Origin: Eledone cirrhosa
Lineage: Eukaryota
Direction: 5' to 3'
NCBI GenBank assembly: GCA_964016885.1
Contig: OZ024746.1
Coordinates: 69,874,001-69,938,000 of the forward strand
DNA length: 64,000 bases
A program made the translations under genes and the position numbers. Under the pieces are notes generated by a model. The model did no database searches, was not told the origin of the DNA, and was given only the letters and a program-made list of their open reading frames with translations. Below, one piece after another: positions 52,604 to 64,000 of this stretch (position 1 is its first letter; each line of letters starts with the position of its first letter).

Positions 52604-52641
52604 CGAGAACAATTGTTTCACCTTAGCGGTTCCTCAGCTCG
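52604..52641 (-). ncRNA. Minimal type I hammerhead (left arm of inverted pair)
   Basis: CGAG-CTGAGGA-ACC gctaa GGT-GAAA-CAATTG-TT-CTCG. Confidence 0.75.
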
Positions 52642-52651
52642 TAATGGACAA

Positions 52652-52689
52652 CGAGCTGAGGATCCTCTAAGGTGAAACAATTGTTCTCG
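52652..52689 (+). ncRNA. Minimal type I hammerhead (right arm of inverted pair)
   Basis: CGAG-CTGAGGA-TCCT cta AGGT-GAAA-CAATTG-TT-CTCG. Confidence 0.72.
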
Positions 52690-52788
52690 GTATGGTGAAC
52701 TAACTGTTGTGTTACCACTTCTACCTAACTCGTCCCACGGGCTGAGTGCCCTACCACTACAGATATTACCTTCCAGTGTTCTACCCCC

Positions 52789-52907
<119 letters not shown>

Positions 52908-53259
52908 TATATGGGGTAGTAGAGCGTGGTTATATAAATAATCAGGACCCGACGGCTGAGCTCTTGCCGTTTCATCAGCAAGTTCCAGACTCTTTATGAT
53001 ATATATATATAAAGTCAGCTAGAAAATAACACAGAGGAGACAGGTTAGCTGGACATGCTCACCGACATTCAGAGTTGACACTGCACTCAATGCTCCTGTG
53101 GTAGCCCCTACACGGACATACTAGAAAAGAAAGACCGAAGCTGACATATATTGATACCCTAAGGCCAGACACTGGTCTCTCGAAGACGCAGGACACGGCG
53201 GTGATGATGAAGGACAAAAACCGCTGGAAAGAACCCATTCATGGATCTCGGGGATTTTT

Positions 53260-53310
<51 letters not shown>

Positions 53311-53736
53311 CAAATAACGAAACGAAATTAAATTTCGTTTCGTTTGTAACTCACTTTTGTATGACTGACGCTTAAACAATTAAGTTAAAAATGTACATCC
53401 ACATATGTATACTGAAATACTAGTATGCATATGAATACACACACGTATACATATGTAGATGTACCGAGTTTTTCACTGGTCACTTTACTGTGAGTGTCCA
53501 GCTATTCTGTATGTAAACACACAGACAAACTTAATTGTTTAAGTGTCAGTCATACAAAAGTGAGTTACAAACGAAACGAAATTTAATTTCGTTTCGTTAT
53601 TTGTTTTTATCGTCTCCGTTGAACCGGTACGTACTCATGCTCTATGCAAATTGGTCTGCCCACTACTAATTTTCATAGAAAAAGCATATAACGATATGTG
53701 CTTTTACGATTCTCTAGAGAGGCCGGAAGATAAGTA

Positions 53737-53781
53737 AATATTGCTGATGAGATGTAACAACATCGAAACTAGTTCAATATT
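53737..53781 (+). ncRNA. Minimal type I hammerhead (family D), textbook fold
   Basis: AATATTG-CTGATGA-GATG taacaa CATC-GAAA-CTAG-TT-CAATATT (7-bp stem I). Confidence 0.85.
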
Positions 53782-53999
53782 CCTTGTCTGGCTTTCTGGA
53801 GAATAGAGGAAAGGTGTTTCCTCAAAAACCAGTATGACTCTAAAAACCGGTTTGTCTGTGTGTTTACATACAGAATAGCTGGACACTCACAGTAAAGTGA
53901 CCAGTGAAAAACTCGGTACATCTACATATGTATACGTGTGTGTATTCATATGCATACTAGTATTTCAGTATACATATGTGGATGTACATTTTTAACTTA

Positions 54000-54048
<49 letters not shown>

Positions 54049-54067
54049 TTATTAAATAACAGATTAA

Positions 54068-54118
54068 AGTTTAAGCAAAGAATCGCTGCTTTCACCCTTA
54101 ACGGGATCTTCTGAAACT
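54068..54118 (-). ncRNA. Hammerhead-like fold with CAGAAGA core (family F)
   Basis: AGTTT-CAGAAGA-TCCC/GGGT-GAAA-GCA...TGC-TT-AAACT. Confidence 0.6.
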
Positions 54119-55199
54119 AAAAAAAATCAATCTGTGAACGCAGAAGTAAATATTTCGAAAAACGTTGGAACCGAAGGAAAACAGGAAGATGATACTTTGG
54201 TTCATGAAGACGTTCCCTGGCAATGAACGGAAAAAAGCAAAGATAATACGTCGGTATATGGAGTGATGAGAACAAATACACGCAAAGACAAAACCACGTT
54301 TATGGTATAAATGGAGTCGTAGATTAATATTCTATATAGGAAACCGAATAATTCACGACTTTGGAGTTAAGAATAATGGTTTCTTATTTAGGCACAAGGC
54401 CAGCAATTTGGGTGAGGGAGGGAAAAGTCGATGAAATTGACCCCAGTGCGTGACTGGTACTTTATTTTATCGACTCCGTAAGGATGAAAGGCAAAGTTAA
54501 CCTCGGCGATTTTAATTCGGAGTTAAGAATAATGTAAATAAATTAGTAGAACGAAAATGACAGAGGTTATTAAAATCATAAAAGAAAATATACATACACA
54601 TATCTATATATGTACATACACGTGCATACACGAAAACACCCGCCATGCATGCATATACATGCACGTACACATAAACACGCGCACACGCACACGTACATAA
54701 ACCCGCGCACACATGTACCCGCACACATACGAACGTATACACCAAATACACATAAAAAATATGTGTGTGTGTATATATACATATAATTATATAAACGTAT
54801 ATAAATATACACACATAAATACTTATATAACGCACACACACACATACCTACAGGTAAATACACATATGTTCACCAAACGTATGTCAACCAAAACTCAATG
54901 TACACATATACACACCTTATATACGTGCAAACACGCATACACACACAAACACAAAATACACAAATACACATAACCAAATACACATATACCAGTATATATA
55001 ATATATACACCTATAACAAATACAAACATATATACATACGAGAAAGTATACATACCTCCACAAAACATACGGGTAAGGTATACTTACCTATACAAATAAG
55101 TAATGGTATAAACATAAAATATACTTAGCTACCACATCAAGACGTAAATTATCCACGTATAGCTCGTACTATCCGTTAGGATATAATGTGGGGCTGTAA

Positions 55200-56585
55200 T
55201 ACAGGAAAGTTTTATGCAATTTGTGTTTACAAGCCGAAATTGCTTCAGATTGTTTGTTTAAGATGTGATCATTGGCGTAGAGTATTTCCAGAGCTTCAGC
55301 GACGCAAAAATTGCATGATCTTTCCGTTATACGATCTAACTTTAGCTAGGATCTCCTAATGTAACATATATTGGGTGTGGTTGTCTTTTGGACTCCAGAT
55401 ATAAGCTGAAAGTGACATCATATTCCTTCTTAAAGCGTTAAGAAAAGAATGGGTGTGCATGTAAAGACGTTGCTTGAATCTATTGGTGGTTAGCCCTATG
55501 TAGGCCCTACTAGATGTGGGTGTTTCGACCTTACATTTGTAGTCAATGTTACTGGAGAGGCATTTCCCGGATAGAGGGCAGTCAACCCGATTCCTACAAT
55601 TACAGTTAGTACTAGCTTAGGGTTGCTAGGTAATTTAGCTAAATTTGAAGCAGTGATGTTATGTGCAAAGTTAGGAGTCGTAGAGTAAGATATTTTAATG
55701 AGATTTCTATAAAAAAATGTATTATATTTATGTGCTGAGGGGAAACGCTTCTTAATAAGGAAGAGAAAGATCTTAGTTAATGGTGTGGCCACCTCCGTAT
55801 TATATGGTGGGTTATACCATATAATGCGTCGGGATCTATTTTCCCTAGGTTTATGCTCATACTTAGTATATGCTACTTATCGACAAATCCACTTCGCGTA
55901 AGAGCTTCATTGTAATATGTGGAATGGTCGGTGAAAATATGCTCGTTTGTAGATAGACGGGAAAGCCTCAAAGAAACGTTTCTTACCAGGTTCTTGGTTA
56001 TGCTGGCAGGATGGTTAGAATGTTTACTGATGTAATTAAGCGTATCATTCGGCTTTCTATACGGGTAGTGCAAACCATTCGACAAATTGAGGGTAGCGTC
56101 GAGGTAGGTTATGACCGAGAGGTTGGCCTCAAGCTGTATGGAGAGGTTGAAGCCTTTAAAGAAGGCTGTGGGTTCTTTTCTAAACCTGTCGCAAGCTCGG
56201 TGACCGCACTTTGTCATGGTAAAAAGATCGTCATCGCGGTACAAACCACCGCCCACATTAGGGAATTCTTCCTTGATTGAGAAAAGAAGGAAAAGTCTGA
56301 TAAGATCTGTAACCTCCGCCGAATCACTGGCGCCCATACTCACGTCGAATGGGGTACTATTAAATTTTTTAATCCAAATAGAGTCGTCGAAATTAATCAC
56401 CGACTTACGGGCATTGAGGATGACATCAACTTCGAAATCCTTAACCACCGTGAGCGTTTTAGCGAAATTGATAGCTCTAAGAAGAAGTAGTAAAGTGATG
56501 GAGGAGTAGTAGTTATTGATGTCGAATTGGATAAAACGGCAATGTTCCTTGTTGCATATGCCATTAAACCAATCAATCACCGCGA
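55200..56585 (-). mobile_element. Penelope-like element, RT + GIY-YIG, degenerate
   Basis: FDINNYYSSI, SMGASDSAEVTDL, GLYRDD, YLDATL, PYRKPN, SNHP, IIWYNPPY, CNCRNRVDCPL and YIGLT. Confidence 0.9.
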
Positions 56586-56648
56586 AATAATTATTTCACA
56601 GTGCAAAAGGGCCCGAGCTTCTAATTTCAGCTTCACATTTATTATTAT

Positions 56649-56721
<73 letters not shown>

Positions 56722-57061
56722 AGATCAGCGGCCATATTCAGTTGATTCAGGTTTATTTAAACATATTTCACTGAGGACTATCTGGTATGATAGCCCGAGC
56801 TCTTCAGACGGCAAAACCTAAAATAGACATTGAAAGTTCCTAAGGAACCTTTAAATATGTATAACCGCATTTTAAATAAACCCGAATCAATTGAATATGG
56901 CCTCCGATCTTTTATTAATATATATAATGGTCCGACTTGCACCATTTATACAGGTTGAGCGCTTCTTCTTATCTGCTTCGCAACCGACAGACCATAAGTT
57001 AATAATCTGTGACGAACGTGTTATCTCTTCTCCTTTAATTTCAATGGCTTATATATATATA

Positions 57062-57186
<125 letters not shown>

Positions 57187-57241
57187 AAATAATTAAGTCA
57201 AATATGTAAAATTTGGCTTCGTTTATTATAAATTAAAAATT

Positions 57242-57296
57242 ACTGCTATATATATTTCGGTGACAGCCATCATTGGTTGCAACCTCTTCAGGCAGT
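57242..57296 (-). ncRNA. Minimal type I hammerhead
   Basis: ACTGC-CTGAAGA-GGT...ACC-GAAA-TATATA-TA-GCAGT; a half copy is at ~63171-63200 (+). Confidence 0.75.
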
Positions 57297-57763
57297 CCGA
57301 ATTGGTGTGGAAAAGACAGGTACACATGTTGTTGAAGTGTGTTTTACTCCGTCAATACATCGTCAATACATCGTCCAGCTCCTGGGTGTGTAGTTATTCC
57401 TTCGAGGAACTGGAATTATATGAGCTAGAACAAACGAATTACAGCGTCATAGGACACGCTCGTATCCCATTGGTCAGTTGGGAGAACATTCCCCAGTCAA
57501 ATGTCTTTAGAAATTCTTCTGAACCAAGTAAGACTTCCTCCCTTACCTATCATTTTTCAACTGTTTAGTAGCCTCCTATTTCCCCGAATTTAGTTCTTTC
57601 CTGATGAAGGTCAAAATTCCGATATGTGTGTTGATGCCTATCCTTTTCCCGTTCAGTGGGATTATACATCCCGTTATTATTAGACTATTGTATATAGTCA
57701 AAGTTACGGCGAAATCTAATTCAATTCTCAAATTCCGCTCGTCATTTTTCTAAGCATACGTTC

Positions 57764-57805
<42 letters not shown>

Positions 57806-57879
57806 ATATTGATATATATATACATATATACATATATATATATATATACATAAATATACATATATGTATATATATATAC

Positions 57880-57928
<49 letters not shown>

Positions 57929-58094
57929 CACATATATATATATATACATACACACACACACTCACACATACACACACACACATATATATATATATGTACG
58001 TATATATACGTATATATACACATATACATATATATACATATACATATATATATATATATATACATATGTATACATATGTATAAATATAAAAATA

Positions 58095-58282
58095 ACTGTT
58101 TCTACATTTGGCACAAGGCCAGCAATTACCCAGTACATTACTGGTACTTTATTTTATCGACCCCGTAAGGATGAAAGGCAAAGTTAACCTCGGCGGGATT
58201 TGAACTCAGACTGTAAAGGGACGTAACTATGCTGGAAAGCATGGTGTCCAACCCTCTACCGATATTGCCAATTCACCGCCCT
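58095..58282 (-). mobile_element. tRNA-derived SINE, full copy
   Basis: Nearly identical to 38527..38720 in reverse orientation. Confidence 0.9.
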
Positions 58283-58533
58283 TAAATATAAAAATAATAA
58301 CATAAGATGTTGAGGTTACATAGATCGTTTAATCATTATAATTATGTCTACGGTTCTCCATGCAATCGAGAAGTCCTACAGGCATTTGTTGTTGTCATGA
58401 AAACGGTATCCTCAGATGATACCCGATATGTTTGATATGCCACCGGCAGGAAAAAACACACGTCCTATTGCTTGTGTGCCCAGCAGACATATAAGTTCCT
58501 GTATGTATAAATATATAAATATATATATATACA

Positions 58534-58659
<126 letters not shown>

Positions 58660-58779
58660 TATAGGAACCAGTAAGACCCCGACGGCGTCTTACTGGTTCC
58701 TATTACCCACTCTACTACCCTAAGTATTGAGTACTTTGGTGCGTTATAGTCCACCTGGTTCCTTATCACATTTCCTTCG

Positions 58780-58837
<58 letters not shown>

Positions 58838-58968
58838 GTGAGGTTTTTTTACAAATTGAAAAATAACCGAGGTGTCCTACACGAGTGAAAGTATAAAAGA
58901 AAAACAGATGAAATCGAAAATGCAACTGGAGTCTTATTTTTTTAAAAAATATATATATTTATTTGGTT

Positions 58969-59006
58969 CCTTAACCGGTTTCGCAGTTCTTCTGCTTTTC
59001 AAAAGT
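58969..59006 (-). ncRNA. Minimal hammerhead, U3-A8 variant (family B)
   Basis: CTT-TTGAAAA-GCAG aagaa CTGC-GAAA-CCGG-TT-AAG. Confidence 0.75.
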
Positions 59007-59044
59007 AGAGTTGAGATGGAGGGTCTGTGGTTTTTCTCACATCT

Positions 59045-59090
<46 letters not shown>

Positions 59091-59092
<2 letters not shown>

Positions 59093-60599
59093 AACCAGTA
59101 AGACCCCGACGGCTGAGCTCAAGCCGTTTCGACGGCTAATTCTGGACTAAATGAAAATTTATCCTGGTATTTAAATAGCCGAGCTTCTCAAGGGGTAATT
59201 CCATATATGGTCAAAGTGATTGTCAAAAGTCAGTAGTAATTCTGTGATTGCAAATTAGTAGGGGATGGTGGCTAAACCTGCCAGTTGGAGAAAAGGGAGA
59301 GGGGGTGGAGTAGACCCAATCATACTTTGGTAGTGCCAGCTACAGCTGGGCACGAGGTCAAAGAAGATACTGGGGAGGGGGAGGGGGAGGGGGAGGAAGT
59401 CGAAACGGTAGGTAGAACAATGAGGGGTAAAAATATATATATATGAAAGAAAAAATACTGAGAGTGATGAAAAGCGAATAAGTGTAAAGAAAAAAGAGTA
59501 TAAAAGCAAGTTCTACGACCTAAGTCTCTAGCTATTGTTACGGTAGATAAATAAATAAAGAAATAAAGAAATAAAGAAAGAAATAAAGAAAGAAATAAAG
59601 AAAGAAATAAAGAAAGAAATAAAGAAAGAAATAAAGAAAGAAATAAAGAAAGAAATAAAGAAATAACGAAATAAGTAAATAAACTAGGTGGGACGGAATA
59701 GGCAAGGACCCTTTTAAGAGGTATAAGTACGTAAATCATACGGTGACGGGTCAACAAATGGGGCCAAAATACTAAAGAAACTACCACGAAATAAATAATA
59801 AAGGTTTCTATTCCGGGCACAAGGCCAGCAACCACCCAGTGCAGCAAAGTAAACTAGTACGAGATAATAATTCTGAGTCCCGAAAGAAATATATACTAAT
59901 GCTAACTCTAAAGGTACCGCCGCGCTACAAAAGATCTTATACAAGCTACATGAAAGTTCGTACGAAGTAAAGGTAGAATACGGAAAAATAAATTCAGAAT
60001 CCACCCCGCCCAAAAGAAAAGTGAAGAAAGAAATACTGAAACGAGAAAATAAGGCATAAGTGCCACTAAGAAATATAGAAGGCACGGAAAATAGTGGGAG
60101 CGGTCGGAAAAGGGGGCAAGTATCCGAGGTCTAACACAACTGCTATAAAAAGCGGGTCCGCCAAATCTATCATAGACTAGGGGAGGGGGTGGGGGTACTG
60201 AGGCTACAAGGGGCCAAAGGGCAGCCTCGGGTGGGCGAGAAAAGACGCCGACGAAGAAGAAGAACTGGGGTAGAAGGACTAAGGAGGGATGGGGGGAAGA
60301 AGGAAATAAAGGAAGCGATAAAAGAATAAAAAGAAGATCTTACGTCTCCCTTGGCAAGCAGGGGTTACCCATTGCAAAATCGGCAAGTGGGGTGTTATAG
60401 TCCTAGTCTACCCCCCGGGTCATTATGGGGTTTGAGGGCGAGGTAAGTCCTACGCAATCTATGTTTACATGCAGTAACCAGTTCATCTTTCTTGTTTAGG
60501 AGTTGGTCCGTCGAAAACAGCATTTGTAAAGTTTCCTCCGAGCATAAATTGCACGGACGGCGTCCTCCCGTGTAAGAATTGGCTCTGGACAGTAATCTC

Positions 60600-60602
<3 letters not shown>
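59091..60602 (-). mobile_element. Penelope-like element 3' fragment (family A)
   Basis: WRLLSRANSYTGGRRPCNLCSEE...LLNKKDELVTACKHR at ~60430-60600, long 3' UTR, hammerhead, (TA)n flanks. Confidence 0.85.
59103..59196 (-). ncRNA. Type I hammerhead, U3-A8 variant (family A)
   Basis: ACCCC-TTGAGAA-G..CGGCTA...TAGCCG.C-GAAA-CGGCT tgagctc AGCCG-TC-GGGGT. Confidence 0.8.
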
Positions 60603-60667
<65 letters not shown>

Positions 60668-60686
60668 TATATATATATATATATAA

Positions 60687-60728
<42 letters not shown>

Positions 60729-60753
60729 TATATATATATTAATATATATATAT

Positions 60754-60814
<61 letters not shown>

Positions 60815-60845
60815 TATATATATATAATATATATATATAATATAT

Positions 60846-60888
<43 letters not shown>

Positions 60889-60898
60889 TTATATATAT

Positions 60899-60952
<54 letters not shown>
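60603..60952. repeat. Long imperfect (TA)n
   Basis: One of many (TA)n tracts in 9.4-12, 41, 48-63 kb. Confidence 0.97.
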
Positions 60953-60957
<5 letters not shown>

Positions 60958-61373
60958 TTATGTGACCTGTTTAGCTTGACTTGTTTTTTGGGTTAGGTGG
61001 TTAATGCCTTTTTGATCTCTTTTTCAGTTTTGTATGGCGTTTTAACATATATATTTAGCTCTGGTTTTTTAACTATGGAGCGCTTGCCAGCATAACTCTG
61101 ATTTTGCGTTTCGTTTCGCTTTTTCTACCCACCGAAATGCGATTCTCGCTGAATTTATATTTATATATATATATATAGGAAAAAGTATGACCCCGACGGC
61201 AAAGCTCAAGCCGTTTCGACGGCTATTTCGACGGCTATTTCTGAAATAGCCGTCGAAACGGTTTGAGCTCTGCCGTCGGAGTCATGCTTTTTCCTTTTTC
61301 CCACTCTACTACCCTAAGTATAGAGTACTCTGATGGGTTATGGTCCATCTGGTTCCTTACCACAATTCCTTTG

Positions 61374-61474
<101 letters not shown>

Positions 61475-61661
61475 AATGAAGTAATTCCGTCGGAAAAGTC
61501 CAGGAAAAAGAGTGCTCTATGTAGGTAACAGAGCTTAATAGTTATGTAATAAACAACATAAGGCAATTATTTTATTTACCAGTGGTTTCTTAAAAGCAAA
61601 AAAATTTTGCTTTCAATTATCAGAATGAAAAAATCCTGGTGTCTCACACCAGGATTTTTTC

Positions 61662-61714
61662 ATTCTGATGATTGAAAACAAAATTTTTTTGCTTTGAAGA
61701 AACCACTGGTAAAT
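61662..61714 (+). ncRNA. Type I hammerhead (mirror copy 61574..61626 - has CTGATAA)
   Basis: ATT-CTGATGA-AT-rich stem II-GAAA-CC act GG-TA-AAT within a ~210-bp palindrome. Confidence 0.6.
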
Positions 61715-61743
61715 AAAATAATTGCCTTATGTTGTTTATTACA

Positions 61744-61804
<61 letters not shown>

Positions 61805-62134
61805 GTTTGAATATGTATAATAAAGCCAAAACAATGCAGGTATGGACATAGAAAAAAGAATGCAATTGCAAAAGATATTGTTGACAATAGACTTATCTTC
61901 TCACACTCACACACACACACTTACATACTTACACCTTCATGCATTCTCCCACACACTTAAACAGGCATGTATATATAAAAAAAACCCCTAAACAAACGCC
62001 TTTTAAAGGGAGACTACTCTTTATCCACCTAATTTTAACTCTTTGACATTATAGATAGAACAGATACTCTATACTATTTCCTGTCAGCATGGCTTGGCAA
62101 GATATTTAGAACGCTGGTTTGAGACCTTTATTTC

Positions 62135-62169
62135 CCTCTGAAGAAGAGATATTATCTCGAAAATTAAGG
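62135..62169 (+). ncRNA. Minimal type I hammerhead
   Basis: CCT-CTGAAGA-A-GAGAT att ATCTC-GAAA-AT-TA-AGG. Confidence 0.68.
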
Positions 62170-62328
62170 ACATTTAAATAAATCTGAGGTAATAGACAAA
62201 TTGTCAACAATATCTTTTGCAATTGTATTCTTTTTTCTATGTCCATACCTGCATTGTTTTAGCTTTATTATACATATTCAAACGTTTATACCTCATTACA
62301 CAATGCTTCAAGTGAACTATAACCTCCT

Positions 62329-62407
<79 letters not shown>

Positions 62408-62873
62408 GTCCAGAATTAGCCGTCGAAACGGCTTGAGCTCAGCTGTCGGGGTCTTACTGGTTCCTATATATATATATATATATATATGATAATAATGGAG
62501 CTGCGGCGCTGCAAATGGGTTACATATGAAAAAGTTTGTCCTCATCAGTGGCCTTCCAACCGTCGTAGGCATTTCGTCGCATTAAAGGCCATATACCTCA
62601 GGTTGGTGCGAGCAACGGCTAAAAAAAGTCGTTGGGACACGTAAATAAGGGGGACGCTAGGGTAAACAAACAAAATGGTTTAAGCAACAGAAAGTGATGA
62701 AGAAGAAACAAGCCCCAGATTTCTATGAATATAAATTCGGTGGAATCGTGAACGAGAGAATAAAGACCATCAAACCTGGTTGAAATGTGAGAAAGGAAGG
62801 AATTTCGCACAGGTCTAACGGGAGGAAGAAGGGGTCTGGTCTGCGAATTCGGTAAACATAAGTTCTATATATT

Positions 62874-62972
<99 letters not shown>

Positions 62973-63128
62973 GAATGAAGACGTTTCTTTCGTATTCGCC
63001 TCATTCGGGAAACCTCTGGTAATGAGGTAATTATATTGTATTGATTTTTATACATTAAATTTTGCTCTGATACTTACATAGAGCACTCTTCACTTCTATG
63101 ACCTTTTCTGTTTTCAACGGAAATTTCA

Positions 63129-63176
<48 letters not shown>

Positions 63177-63242
63177 TGTCACCGAAATATATATACCAGT
63201 AAATTTATAATTTATAAGAAACGAAGCCATATTTGATTTACT

Positions 63243-63321
<79 letters not shown>

Positions 63322-63676
63322 TATGTACATATTTATACGTATTTATATTTGAAACTTTGCTGGAAATAACTGCTGTGTATTGATAAGAAAGAAATTACAT
63401 CTACTTTATGTGTAGAAGTTTTTATCAGGTATTGTTTGTGATCTGCACAACATATATATACCAGTACATATTAGAACTACATTATCACACACACATACAC
63501 ACATATGCACATATATACACACACATGCATACACATGTATACATACACACACTTACACACAAACGTAAACATATACATATATATATAGTGTGAGAGAAAC
63601 AGCTGGTATAACGCGTGAATTTAAATGAGTTATTCTCATGGAGATCCTCAGTGCCATTCCAGTTATCAGCATTAAC

Positions 63677-64000
63677 CTCATCATCATCACCATCATCATC
63701 GTCATCATCGTCATCATCATCATCATCATCATCGTCGCCATCATCGTCGTCGTTATCGTCGTCGTCGTCGTCGTCGTCGTCATCATCATCATCATCATCA
63801 TCATCACCATCATTATTATCATCATCGTTACTACGATCATGATGATGATCATCATCATCATGATCATCAACAACATCAACCTCCACTTCGTTGATTATTG
63901 CTACCACCATCTTCACCACAAAAATCACTCTTCTTCTTCTTCTTCTTCTTCTTCTTCTTCTTCTTCTTCTTCTTCTTCTTCTTCTTCTTCTTCTTCTTCT
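63677..64000. repeat. (CAT/CGT)n and (CTT)n microsatellites
   Basis: Simple repeats to the window end. Confidence 0.96.

Noticed and set aside
58395-58500. Possible minus-strand exon after cag ([14 protein letters not shown]...)
   Set aside because: No recognisable family, the acceptor lies in a microsatellite, and it cannot be linked to the Ly6-like exon.

Overview
AT-rich, microsatellite-dense animal genomic DNA, probably an octopod cephalopod (inferred from the dominant tRNA-derived SINE). It is made almost entirely of retroelements. These include R4/Dong-clade RLE LINEs (one nearly intact at about 21.0-25.0 kb), Tx1/L1-clade APE LINEs, CRE, RTE and CR1/L2-like fragments, several Penelope-like elements (RT/GIY-YIG), an internally deleted mariner nested in a Helitron-like element, and many SINEs. 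Most listed ORFs are microsatellite artefacts. The only convincing host-gene piece is the terminal exon of a Ly6/uPAR (quiver/sleepless-like) GPI-anchored protein at 43372-43589 (-). The most striking hidden feature is about 20 type I hammerhead-ribozyme folds found by eye, from roughly a dozen sequence families. They include U3-A8 and CAGAAGA core variants, palindromic stem III and back-to-back inverted pairs, and sit in short (TA)n-embedded Penelope-derived units. There is also a candidate HDV-like double pseudoknot at the 5' end of the Dong element. Pairs of unrelated LINEs share the same microsatellite on opposite strands. All RNA folds were derived manually and none is experimentally tested.
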